This document shows, in pieces, positions 11,201 through 22,194 of a DNA stretch of 64,000 nucleotides (positions are counted from its first letter, which is position 1; every line of letters starts with the position of its first letter). The translations under genes were made by a program, and so were the position numbers. The notes beneath the pieces are model-generated. The model made no database searches. It was not told the DNA's origin and saw nothing but the letters and a program-made list of their open reading frames with translations. Source of the DNA: Scenedesmus sp. PABB004 (taxonomy: Eukaryota); the NCBI GenBank assembly GCA_014905635.1, contig CM026547.1:3224001-3288000 (forward strand). The letters run 5' to 3'.

Positions 11201-14200
11201 CCGCACCTGCTCAGCGTCGCTCCCCAGCAGCTCCAGCAGCGTCGGCACGTCCAGCACCTCCGGCAGGGGCGCCGCGGCGGGCGCCGGTGCTGCCCCCGCG
11301 CCGACCTCAGCTGCCAGCAGCGGCTCCTGCAGCGCGCACCGCTCCGCACCGCTGGGCGCGTCGCCGCCGCCCGGCACGCTGCCCGCTGCAAAGCGCGCGC
11401 TGAGCGTGGTGGCGCGGCTGGCGCCCGCCCGAGACGCGGCCGGCCTGGGCGCCGCCGCCGCTGCGGCCGCCTTGTGCGGCCCGCTCTGCGGGGCAGCGCC
11501 GCCGCCGGCAACGACGCCGGGGCGCACGCCCCTGCGCCGTGTGCCGTAGCCGTGCATCGCCTGCGCCGCGTCAGAGCTCGCCGCCGCAGCGGCGCCGCCG
11601 GCGACGGCGTCGGTCGCCGCCGCCTGCGCGTCCTGCGCCTGCAGCGACGCCTGCAGCGAGCTGAGCAGCTGCGCGCTCGCGGCGCCCGCCGCCTGGTGCT
11701 CGGCCAGCGCGTCAGCGAGCGTCACTCCGGGCTCAGCCGCGCCTTGGGCGTGGCCCGCGCCCTCCTCGCCGCCGCCGCCGCCGCCGTCGGCAGCCTCGGC
11801 CGCCGCCTCCGCGTCGGCGATCACGGCTGCGTTGGTCATCCCCACCTGCTCCGCCCGCGTCTGTGGCGTGGCGCAGCTGGTGTGCGGCGGCCGCAGCATC
11901 GCGCACGTCCAGTCGTCGTCGCCACCGGCGGTCTGCAGCGCGTTCAGCTGGGCCCACGAGATGAGCCGCCACACGCCGCACTCGGAGCACTGCACCCAGT
12001 GGTCGCGCGCGTGCTGCTCCGCGTGCAGGCGCAGCCGCGCGAGCAGCGCGTGGAACGACGGCTGCGCCATGAACTCTGCGTCGATGGGGATGTTGGGCTC
12101 GCCCCAGCTGCCAAAGTGCTCCAGGAAGCGCGCAAAGAGCCCCGGGGCGCGGTCGGGCTTGGCGATGCAGAACACGACCACGCCAAAGCCTGCGGCAGGG
12201 CGCGCGCGCGCGTGTGGGAGGGGTTGGGCAGCGCGGGCCGAGCGTGAGCTGCCGTGCTGTGCGCGCTGCGCCGCGTGCTCGAGCCGCGCGGCGCGCTGCG
12301 CCGCGGCGCGCACCGATGGGCGACTTATGATAGTCTTTGAACTCGACCGCGCTGCGGCGCAGCAGCACGCGCGGGTAGGGGCGCAGGCGCTGGAAGAACG
12401 CCGAGTCGGTCGAGTTGCGGCAGATGAGGATCACGGCGGGCACGTTGCCGCTCTCCACCTCGTCGATCGCGCGGTTCACAAACCGCCACTGCACCTGTGC
12501 GGGCGCGGGCGGGCGGGCGGGCGGCGGGGCGGGCGGCGGGCGGGCGGGCGGGCGGGCGGGCGGGCGGGCGGGCGGGCGGGCGTTTGCTGGGCGTTTTGGC
12601 GGCGGCCGCACGCACCCCCGCGGCGGCGCCGCCATGCCGCCGCGCGTCGCCCCTCTCGCGCCTGCGCCCTGAAGTCGGGGTTGAGTATGACGTGGAAGCC
12701 GCGCCAGGGGTGCGCGGGGGACAGGCCGTCGTCGCGCTTGTCGTACAGCACCTCGGCCGGGATGTTGGGCGCGAGCTTGTCGTTGCACGCGGGGTCGAGC
12801 AGCCCTGCGATGTAAGGCGCCTCGGGCGTGGGGCGCGGCAGGCGGAAGACCTTGAACGCCGCGGTCGTGATGATCCAGTCGGGCGTCAGACCTGCGCGGG
12901 GACAGCGCCGCGGCGGCGGGCGGCGCACGTCAGCGGCGCGCCGCGGGAGCCGCGCCGCGGCCAAGGGCCACGGGCGGCGCGGGGGCCGCGGCGCGCGCAC
13001 CCATGCGCTCGGCCGTCGTGCCCACGCCCGCCGCCTGCTGCAGCAGCTCCTCCTCGGGCAGGGCCCCCGCCTGGCGGCGGCGGTGGCGGCGGCGGCAGTC
13101 GGGCACCCTTGCAGCATGACCGCGCGCTGCGCAGCGCGCCCCGCGCGGGCGCACCGTGTTGAGCGCGTGGCAGGCGGGGCATGCCCACTCCTCGCCGGGC
13201 GGCAGGTGCGCGGGGCAGAGCGCCGCGGGGCTCACGCACAGCGCGTGCACCCACGCTCGGCAGCCGCCGCAGCGCAGGTCGGGCACCTCCTCGCGGCACG
13301 CCTCGCACACGCCCCACACGTTGCCTCGCACCACGCCCGACGCCGGCAGCGCCGCGAGCGCGCCGGCGCCGGCGCCGGCGCCGGCGCCGGCGCTCGCGCC
13401 GGCGCTCGCGCTGCCGCCGCCCGCCTCGCCGCCGGCGCCGCCCGCGGGGTGCAGCAGCGCGTTGAGGCGGTGCCGCGCGACCGCCTGCAGCGCGTCAAGC
13501 TGGTACGTCCGCCCCAGGCGCGCCATGCGCGCCACCTCCTCGTCGCGGCCCTCCGCGCGGCCCGCGATCTCGTCCAGGCAGACGCCGATCAGCCGCGCCC
13601 TGCGCGCCGCGGCGCGCGGCGCTGCGAGTCGGCTGGCCGGCGCCGTGGCGGGCCCCGCCGCCGCGCGCGCCGCCGCCGCTCGCCCTCACTTGCCGGCCTT
13701 CTTTGCCCAGAGCTTGAGCGCGGCCAGCTTCTCCTCCGCCTCGGTCGAGCCCGGCTCCCAGCGCAGCAGCTGCTTGGGCGCGACCCACGAGTTGCTGTGC
13801 TCGCCATAGAAGCGAACCAGCACCTTGCCTGCCCGGGGGACGGGAGGGGGCAACGGTCGGCGGCGGCGCGGCGCGAGGCGCGCGCCGGCGGCGGCGGCGC
13901 GCGCGGCGCGCGCGGCGCGCCTGGCCCGTGGCCGGTGACAATGTCGCGCCACGACGCGCGGGGGCAGAGGTGGAGGGCCCAGGTGAGGGCGGGCCAGGCG
14001 GGGTAACCAGTGAGCTTGACCCAGACCGGCGAGCCGAGCGGCCACTCGGCGTCGCCCGCGGCGCGCACCGCGCCCAGCGCGGCCTCGAGGTGCGGGCCTG
14101 CCCGCGGCGGCGGGGCGCGTGGGCCGGCCGGCCCGCGAGGCCCACGGGGCGCGGGGCGCGGCGCGGCAGCGCACCGTGCAGCAGGGCGGGCCCGGGCGGG

Positions 14201-14613
14201 CGCGGCTTGGGCGGCCGGCCGCGCCGGCGCTTGGCGCCCGCCAGGCCGCCCTCGGCGGGCGGCGTCGAGGGCTGCGGCGGCGGCGACGGCAGCGCGGCGC
14301 GCGCCTCCCACGCCGCAAACACGCGCTCCTCGCGCGCCGCGACGGCGCGCATGCGGCTGAACGTGCGCCGCTCGGCCTGGCGCTGCGACGCGCGCTGCGG
14401 CGGCGGCACTGCCGGCGTCCGGCGGTGGTGCTGGTGGTTTTGGTGGTGGTGGTGGTGGCGGGCCTTCTTGCCGACGAGCGGCACCGGCGCGCGCTGCTGC
14501 CACGCCGCGCCAGCCGCCGCCCCCGGCACGCCGAAGGCCGCCGCCAGCGCTGCGGCGACGGCCCCGGAGTCGGGCAGGGCCGGCGGCGCTGCAGGAGGCT
14601 CGACGTCGTCCAT
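8205..14613 (-). CDS. Chromatin-reader/methyltransferase fusion: AT-hook + PWWP + PHD + Dam-like amino-methyltransferase + zf-CW + long low-complexity C-terminus
   Basis: AT-hook KRRRGRPPK (~14200-14235). PWWP VWVKLTGYPAWPA...VLVRFYGEHSNSWV (~13700-14030). PHD CEAC-x-CGGC-x-HALC-x-WACPAC (~13165-13310). MTase LTPDW...LLDPA...YDKRDDGL...W.G..VILNPDF...ICRNSTDSAFFQ (~12070-12891). CW HWVQCSECGVWR...WTC...C (~11860-12005). The 3' end is approximate. Confidence 0.8.
10240..10595 (-). repeat. Coding 12-bp tandem repeat (AAEP/AAEQ/AAER)n
   Basis: Repeated GGCTCTGC(T/C)GCC units on the + strand. The block AAEQAAMPAAEQAAEQMAEQAAEQ occurs twice. Confidence 0.85.
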
Positions 14614-15488
14614 GGCGATCGGAGCGCGGCAGGGCCGACTCAGCGCGTCCGCATCATCGGGCGCGCCAGGGCGGCGCGCACGGCTGCCGGTCGATGCCGC
14701 GCGGCAGCGCTGGCGGTGTCTTAGATCCTGAAACTCGTGAAACCCACAGATCTGGTCCTGGTGGAGCCGCGCCGCGGCCGCAGCAGTCCCGGTGCAGTGC
14801 CGGGATGCTGCGCGCGCCGGACCAGGCTGCTGCGCTGCCTCCGCGCGCCGCGCGTGGGGATCCCCTCAAGCTCAGCTCTGAGCAGGCTGCCACGAGCTCG
14901 GAAGGCCTGCCCGCCTGCCTGGCTGCCGAGCGAGCGCGCTCTGCCAGCCCGGCCGCCGAGCGCTGCCGGGGCAGGCAGAGAGTGTGCAGTTTGCAGCTCC
15001 CCGCACGCCCGAGACAACTGCGCCGATCACCTACGTGCGTGGCGAAAAAGGGATGATGCTCGAGCGCGCACCGCGTGCCGACCCCGGCGGCGGCCGCGCG
15101 CCGCGCCGCGCGCGGCGCCGCGCCGCCACAAAACTGGCGGGTGGTGCGGGCGGGCGGCCCACCTGGGAGCGTGGCCGCCCGCCGTCCGCCGCGCCGCGCG
15201 GCGGCGGCGCGCAGCCGCCCGCGCCGTCCCCTCCTGCCCGCGCCGCCCCTGCCCGCCCCGCGTGCTGCGGGGCGCGCCCGGCGGGCGCCGCCCGCGCCTC
15301 CCGGCAGTGCTGCTCACGAGGCATGCGTCCGCCGGCGCCCGCGCGCCGCGCCGTGCGCGCGCGCTGCTGCCGCCCACGCTGGTTGCGCACCACAAACGCG
15401 CGGCAAACGTACAACACAGCCGAGCCACCGCCCCTCGCGCGCCCCACCGGCCGCCGCCGCGCGTCACGTGACGTGGCGCGCCGCCGGC

Positions 15489-18400
15489 TCAGATGATGGT
15501 GCCGCTGGGGATGACGCTGTCCTTGATCACGCACACGATGCCGTCGCGGATCATGAAGCCCTCGGCCTCGCGGTTCGCCTCGACGACGCCGTCCTTGTTG
15601 AGGATCTGCACGCGCTCCCCGATGCGCGCGTTCTTGTCGATGAGCGCCTTGCGCACGTGGCTGCCGTTGCCGATGCCCATGGGCAGGCAGCCCGGCACCC
15701 ACGCGCACTCCTCGACCGTCTCGTAGTAGTCGCTGCCCAGCATGAGCGTGTCCTCGACGATGCAGTCCTCGCCCACCAGGCTGCGCAGGCCTGCGCGCGG
15801 CGGCGCGGCGGCGGCGGCGCGGATGGTGGGAGGGCGGGCGGGCGGGAGGGTGCGTGAGTGGGTGGGTGGCAGGAGGCAGGACGGGGGCGCGTGCAGCGCG
15901 GCGCGGCGCGGCGCAGCAATGCGCGGCGCACCGATGATGGAGTTGGACACGCGGCTGCGCGCCTTGACGTTGCTGCCGTCGCCGATGATGGCGTTGGTCA
16001 CGACCACGTCCTGCAGCACCTTGCTGGGCGGCAGGAAGCGGCTCATGGTGTAGATGGGCGCGTCCTTGTCGTAGAAGCTGGCGCGGCGCGCGGCATGGCG
16101 GGGGGCGGCGGGGCGGGCGGGTGGGGGCGGGCGGGGGCGTGAGTTTGACGCCGAGGCCGCCTGGGGCCGCATCAGGGCCCGGGCAGCAGGCGCGGCCCGC
16201 GGCGCTGCGGGGCGGCGCGGGGCGGGGCGCCGCACCTGAAGTTGGCTGAGCCGTCGGTCTTGACGAGCGCGAGGTTGGCGTTGTAGAAGGCCTCGATCGT
16301 GCCAATGTCCTCCCAGTAGCCCTGAGGGGGAGACGGGTGGGCGGGCGGTGGGTGGGTGGGTGGTGGGCGTGGGCCGAGCCAGGCAGGCGGGCAGCGGCGC
16401 GCGGGCGAGGCGGCCCGCCGCCGGCCGGGGCGCGCGCCCCGCGCCCCCCGCCCCTGAGCGCCGCCACGCCCCCGCGCGCGCGCCGCGCGCGCCTGGAAGG
16501 CGTACGCCTGCACCGCGTAGCCGAGGCCGCGCGCGCCGGGGATGACCTCGTTGCCAAAGTCGTTGGCGGCGGGCATGTGCACCTCGAGCAGCTCCTTGAG
16601 CGCGGTCGCGGTCATGACGTAGATGCCCATGCTCGCGATGTACGGCTTCTCCTTGGCCCTGCGGGGGGGGGGGGGGGGGGGTGCGTGTGTGCGTGCGAGT
16701 GTGGCAGACGCAGTATTGATGATGGCGTCATGCGTGGGCGCGGTGGTGTGCGAGCGCGGCGTGAGCGGCGAGGCCGCGGGGTCGGCTGGGCGCTGGCGGC
16801 GGCGGCGGCCGCGCCGCGCGCCGCGCCGCGCGGCGCGCGCTCACGTCGCCGAGTCGACGCCCAGGATGCGCGTGTCGACCTGCATCGCCTTCAGCGCGTC
16901 GCCGGTCGGCTTCTCGGCAAAGTCGGTCACGCGGCCGCTGCTGTCGATCTGCGCGCAACGCGTGCGCAGCACGCCGCGGCGGCGGCGGGCGCGCGCGTCG
17001 GCCGCGGGCGCGGCGACGCGCGGCGCCGCCGCTCCCTCGCCGCTGCTCCCTCCCGCCGCCCCGCCCCGCCCAGCACCCTCGCCCCTCCAGCGCCGCGCCG
17101 CGCCGCGCCTTCATGAGGCCGAACGCGCTCGCGCGCTTCTCGTCGCACGGCAGCGCGGCGATGGTGATCGCGGCGCCGCTCTCGCGGTGCTTGCGCACAA
17201 AGTCCTTGTAGTCCATGCGGTACAGGTGGTCGCCTGGGGGCCGGGGCCGGGGCCGGGGCCGGGGCCGGGGCGGGGCAGGGGCAGGGGCAGGGGCAGGGGC
17301 AGGGGCAGGGGCAGGGGCAGGGGCAGGGGCAGGGGCAGGGGCAGGGGCAGTGCCAGCGGCAGGGGCAGGGGCAGGGGCAGTGCCAGCGGCAGGGGCAGGG
17401 GCAGGAGCACGGCGTGTGAGCGTGTGGGCAGGGGCGGGGGCGGCGGCCGCCCGCGTCCCGCGCGCCGCGCGCGAGCGCCCGCCCGCCAGCGCCCGCGCGC
17501 CGCGCGCCGGCGCCCCCCCGCCGCCGCGGTCACCCGAGAGGATGAGGAAGTCCTGCACGCCGTCGCGCATCGCCTCCTCAAAGAGCCACATGTACTGCCG
17601 CACCGCGTCGGCGGTGCCCTGGAACCACTCCTGCCGCGCGTTGCTCTGGCTCGCCGCGAGCACCTCGACAAAGCCGCGGCTCGTGTACGCGCCGACGCTG
17701 CTGTTCTGCGGGGCGGCACGCCGGCGGGGGGCGGCGCGTGGGCCGCCGCCGCCAGCGCCGCGGCGCGGCTCTGCGGGGCGCGGCGCTGCGCGGCGGCGGC
17801 GCGCACGTAGGCCTGGCTGAGGTGGCGGTTGAGCGAGGCGCTGTTGAACTGCGTGAGGCAGTAGATCTTGGTGACGTTGCTGTTGACGCAGTTGCTGACG
17901 GGGATGTCAATCAGGCGGTAGTTGGCGCCCAGCGGCACCGCCGGCTTGGCGCGCTTCTTGGTCAGCGGGTACAGCCGCGTGCCCGCGCCGCCGCCGAGGA
18001 TGATGCCCAGCACCGTCTGCGGCGCGCGCGGGGCGCCGGGGCGCGCTGGGCGCGCGCCACGGCGGCGACGGCGGCGGCAGCGGCGGAGCGGCGGGCCGCG
18101 GCGGAGCGGCGCGCGGCGGCGGCGACCGCGGCAGCAGCAGCGCGCGCCGCGCGGCGGGCGCGGGCGGCGCGGCGCCGCCGCGCGGCGCCCCTGATCGCGC
18201 TGCCGCGGCGCGGCGGGCGTCGCGCGAGCCCTGGGCGCCCGGTGCGCCGCCGGGCTCGCTCCACGCGCCGCCCGGCAGGCGCGCCCCGCGCCATCAGCTG
18301 CCGCCCCGCACCTTGCTCATGTCCAGGCCGTCCTTCTGGTTGAGCACCTGGGGCCCCTGCGCCGCCTCGATGGACGCCAGCGGCGGCGGCACCTGCGCCT

Positions 18401-18722
18401 GCACGGCCTGGGCCTTCACGCGCAGCACCTGGGCGGGATGGCGCGGGTCAGAGGCCCCGATCTGCGCGTGCGGGCCGCCAATTGCGGCGCCTCACCTTCC
18501 CCGACACGCGCGACGCCCTCACGCTGCCGCACGCCACGCGGCGGCCCGCGAACGCGCCCGAGGGGGGCGCTGCGGGCGGAAGAGCGGCAGCAGCTCCTCA
18601 GCTCTCGGAGGCCGGGCGTCAAGGCCGTGCATTGCAGCCCGCGCGCCGCCCAGCCCGCGCGCCGCACCTGCTGCGCCATGCTGGCGCGCGCCGGCGCGCG
18701 CGGGCGCGCCCTGCTTGAGCAT
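15489..18722 (-). CDS. STA6: ADP-glucose pyrophosphorylase small subunit, chloroplast (11 exons)
   Basis: Contains [70 protein letters not shown] and ...VIPSGTII*. The transit peptide MLKQGAPAR...[12 protein letters not shown] is reconstructed from upstream exons with consistent phases. Confidence 0.94.
17237..17405 (+). repeat. Intronic (GGGGCC)n/(GGGGCA)n hexamer array
   Basis: About 5 GGGGCC units followed by about 13 uninterrupted GGGGCA units and degenerate copies, next to an AGPase 3' splice site. Confidence 0.9.
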
Positions 18723-18914
18723 AGCGCCCTGCGATGCGGGAGCTGCTCCAAAGCAGCGACGGGCTGCCGGGCGGCGACGTCGATCGCGTCCGGGGGCTGC
18801 GTGAGCGATTGGGGAGCGCGGCGTTTGCACACGTGCGCGGGGCGCGGCGCCGGGACGGCAGCAGCAGCACCTCGCGGGCACAAGAGCCAGCCCCGCCCTT
18901 GATGCGCGACCGCT

Positions 18915-20079
18915 TCAGCCCCGCGGCGGCGGCCACGGCGGCGGCTGCTCCGCCAACGCCTCCGCGCGCGCGGCGAGCAGGTCGCGCAGCCCGTCCTCGG
19001 CGGCCGCGGCGGGGCTGCCGGGCGCCGGCGGCGCGTGCTCGCGTGGCGCGGCGCACACGAACAGCTCCAGCGACACGGCCGCGGCGGCGACCGCGGCGCT
19101 GCGCGACAGCACAGCGCCCTGGAGCGACGGCAGGGCAAAGCGCTGCCGCAGCGCGGTGAGCTCGCGCGCCCGGACGCCCGTGCCGCGCAGGTCGACAAAG
19201 TCGAGCGCGGGGCAGCCGCCGAGCAGCTCCACGGCGCGTGCCCCGTTGACGCCGGTGCCACGCAGGCCCCAGTGCGTGATCGGCAGGCTGCGGCGCGGCG
19301 GCGGGCGCCGTCCGCGCGGGGGGCGCGTGAGGGGCGGCAGCGGCCGCGGCGCCTGGCGCCCAGCGCCCGGCGCCCGGCGCCCCGCGCCCGCCGCCTCACC
19401 GGGGCCACTGCGCCGCCTGCGCGGCCGCCTGGCGCGCGACGTCCGGGCCCGCCGCGGCGGCGGCCGCGGCGAGGCGCTGCCCGTAGGTCAGGTGCTCGAC
19501 CGTCGCGTCGCCCACGGCGCAGGCGCTGAGATTGATCACGCGCAGCTGCGCGAGCGTGGCCAGCGCGGGCGCCAGCCTGTCCGTGACCTCGTGCAGGCCC
19601 GACAGGTCCAGCGCGCGGAGCCGCGGCAGGCCCCGCAGCGCCTCGTCGATCGCGGCCTCAACGACCCCGTCGCAGCCGCGCAGGCTCAGGCACGCCAGAT
19701 TGTTCAGTGCCGTCAGCGGCCGCAGGCTCGCCGCGCCCGGTGCGGCGAGCTCTAGGTGGTGCAGGCACCCCGCGAAGCTCGGCAGCACGTCCAGCTCGTC
19801 GCCGTGCACGCGCAGCCGCACGCAGGCCGGCTGCCAGCCGCCGGCGAGCTGCGCGAGCGCCGAAAAGTGCGAGCCCGGCTGGAGCGTCAGCGCGCGCCGG
19901 CGCCGGGCCGCCAGCGCGGCGTACGCCGCGTGCACACGCCGCGCCAGCTCCTCCGGCAGCAGACCCAGTTGAGCGCAGCTCGACGGCGGCAGCGGCAGCG
20001 CCGCCGCGACGGCTGCGATCGACAGCGCCAGCAGCGACGGCGGCGACGGCTGCTGCTGCTGCGGCGGCGGCCCTTGCAT
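18915..20079 (-). CDS. Leucine-rich repeat protein (RNI/AMN1-like LRRs), 2 exons
   Basis: LRR units LACLSLRGC, LRALDLSGLHEVTD, LRVINLSACAVGD and LDFVDLRGTGV. The N-terminal segment PPSLLALSIAAV...LPEEL resembles a BC-box or F-box. Confidence 0.7.
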
Positions 20080-20329
20080 CGCTGGCAGCTCGCTATGCGC
20101 GTGTCGTGCATCTGTCACGCGCCCAGCAGGCGTGCCCTGTTTTCTGAGCGCGAACGGGCAGCGCCCCCGTGACGACGCGACGCCCGCGGTTTTTTGAAGC
20201 CGCCGCCGCAGCGGCGCCGCTCTCAGCTTGTCGTAGACCTCCCGCTCCTGCGCATCAGCCAGAGCCCGCCGACAGCTGGCGCAGCGCCGGCGGCCGCGGC
20301 AGCCGCGGCAGCAGCGTCGGCGGCCGCGG

Positions 20330-20334
20330 CGGCA

Positions 20335-20399
<65 letters not shown>

Positions 20400-20400
20400 A
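20330..20400 (+). repeat. (GGC)n microsatellite between divergent genes
   Basis: More than 20 consecutive GGC units. Confidence 0.9.
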
Positions 20401-20467
20401 GGGGCAGCAGGAGCAGGGGCAGCAGTGGCGGCGCCCACCGCCGCCGCTCCAGCCACCGCGCGCACGC

Positions 20468-21729
20468 ATGCCGGCCCCGGCAGTTGAGCCGGCGGACCTG
20501 GACCTGGGCGCGGCGCTGGCTGCGCTGTACGCGGGCGGCACCGATAAGCCGCCGCGCGTGCTCGACGTGCGGCCGCGCGCCTGCTTCCTCGCGCGGCGGC
20601 TGGCCGGCGCGGTCAGCGTGCCCGCGCCCGACGCGCGCGCCCTGGCGCCGCGCTGCTTCCTGCTGCCCGACAAGGCCGTGCCGCTCGCGCTGGTCGCGCC
20701 GCGCGAGGCGCTGCCGGGCGTGGCCGGCTTCCTCGACGACCGCGGCTGGGCGGCGGGCCCGCGCCTGCCCGACTGCGCCGAGCTCTGGGCGGCGGCGGCG
20801 GCGCTGGGCGTGCTGGAGGAGGGCCCTGGCGCTGACGGCGGCGCGCTGCTGGCGCGGCGCGCCTTGTTTGAGCCCAGCCCGCTGCTCGCGGCGGCCGCGG
20901 CGCAGCTCGAGGCGCTGTGCGCGGCGGAGCGGTCGTCACGGCCGCGCGCCGCGCCCGGGGCGGCGGCGGCGGCGGCGCCGGTGCCGGGGCAGGTGGTGGA
21001 CCTGCGCGCGCTGGACGTCGGGTGCGGCAGCGGGCGCGACCTCGCGTGGCTCGCGGGCCGGCAGCCGCTCGTCGCGCTCGCCGGCGGCGGCGCGCAGCCG
21101 GTGCGCGTGCGGTGGCACGTGACGGGCGTCGACAGCTGGCACGGCGCGCTCGAGCGCGCGCACGAGCTGGCCGCCGCGATGGAGCTCACGCCGGCGCAGG
21201 TCGGCCTCGTGTACGCGCGCGTCTGCCCGCGCAGCGGCGCGCTGCAGCTGCAGCGCCTGCCGGGCGCGAGCGCGCTGCGGGGCGCGGGGCGCCACGCGTC
21301 GGTGGTGCACGCCGGCGGCGCGCTGCCGCCAGCGCAGGCGGGCGCCGAGGCGCGCGCGGCGGCGCCGGGGCAGTCCGCGGCCGGGGGCAGCACGCGCTCG
21401 CGGCGCTCGGGGGTGCGCCGTTTGACCTGGTCGTGTGCGTGCGCTTCCTCGTGCGCGCGCTGGTGCCGCACCTCGCCGAGCTGCTCGCCCCCGGCGGCTG
21501 CGTCGTGTGGCAGACGTTTGTCGACGGCCCCGGGCTCGCCGCGTTTGGCCGGCCGTCGGGGCACGAGCACGTGCTGCAGCCCGGCGAGCTCGCGCGCTGG
21601 TTCGGACCGGCGGCGGGGTTTGACGTGCTGCGCGACGAGGTCGCGCCGGCGCCCGACGGCCGCGAGCTGAGCTACTTCGTCGCGCGCAAGCGGGCAGCGG
21701 CGGCCGCGAGTGACGGACCGTCGTCGTAA
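20468..21729 (+). CDS. Rhodanese-like domain fused to a class I SAM-dependent (TehB-like) methyltransferase
   Basis: Rhodanese motif VLDVRP..F....LAGAVSVP; motif I ALDVGCGSGRDLAWLA; then FDLVVCVRFL...LLAPGG...HVLQPGEL. The two halves are in different frames, joined by a possible 53-nt GC-AG intron (21338-21390) or a frameshift. Confidence 0.72.
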
Positions 21730-21731
21730 TG

Positions 21732-21736
21732 TTACA
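21732..21736 (-). promoter_or_regulatory. TGTAA polyadenylation signal of UPL3
   Basis: TTACA on the + strand about 460 nt beyond the UPL3 stop. Confidence 0.5.
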
Positions 21737-22194
21737 CGCTGCCACCACGCAAGGCAGGCACGCCATCACTGCAGGCAGGCCTGCGCCCCGCCCCACCGCT
21801 CCACCCGCCCCCCGCCTACGCCGAGCCACCCCCGCCGCACAACTGCACACGCGCTGCACACGCACGCCGCCGCGCCCCCGACCCCCCCGCCCCAGCCGAC
21901 GCGGACAAGCTGTGCCCTAAGAGTCGGTACTATGCGCGGCGAGCGAGCCTGCCTGCCTGCCCGCCTGCCTGGCTAGGCCGAGCGGCGCGCGCAGCCGCGC
22001 GCGGCGGCGGGAAATCCAGCCTGCGCGCCGCCGCGCCCCAGTGCGCACACGCCAAGTGATGCCTGCTGCCGTGCGAGCAGCAGCGGCCCCGGCCGCTGCT
22101 GGTGCAGTGCGCCGCGCGCCGCGCGCCGCGCCGCCCGCCGCGCGCGCGCCGCGCCGTGCCCCGCCGCCGCGCCGTGCGGGGCGCGGGGCCCTCC

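Noticed and set aside
12070..12891. Methyltransferase as part of a prophage, virus insertion or restriction-modification system
   Set aside because: It is interrupted by host-style introns, fused in frame to eukaryotic chromatin domains, has host-like composition, and has no viral or nuclease neighbours.
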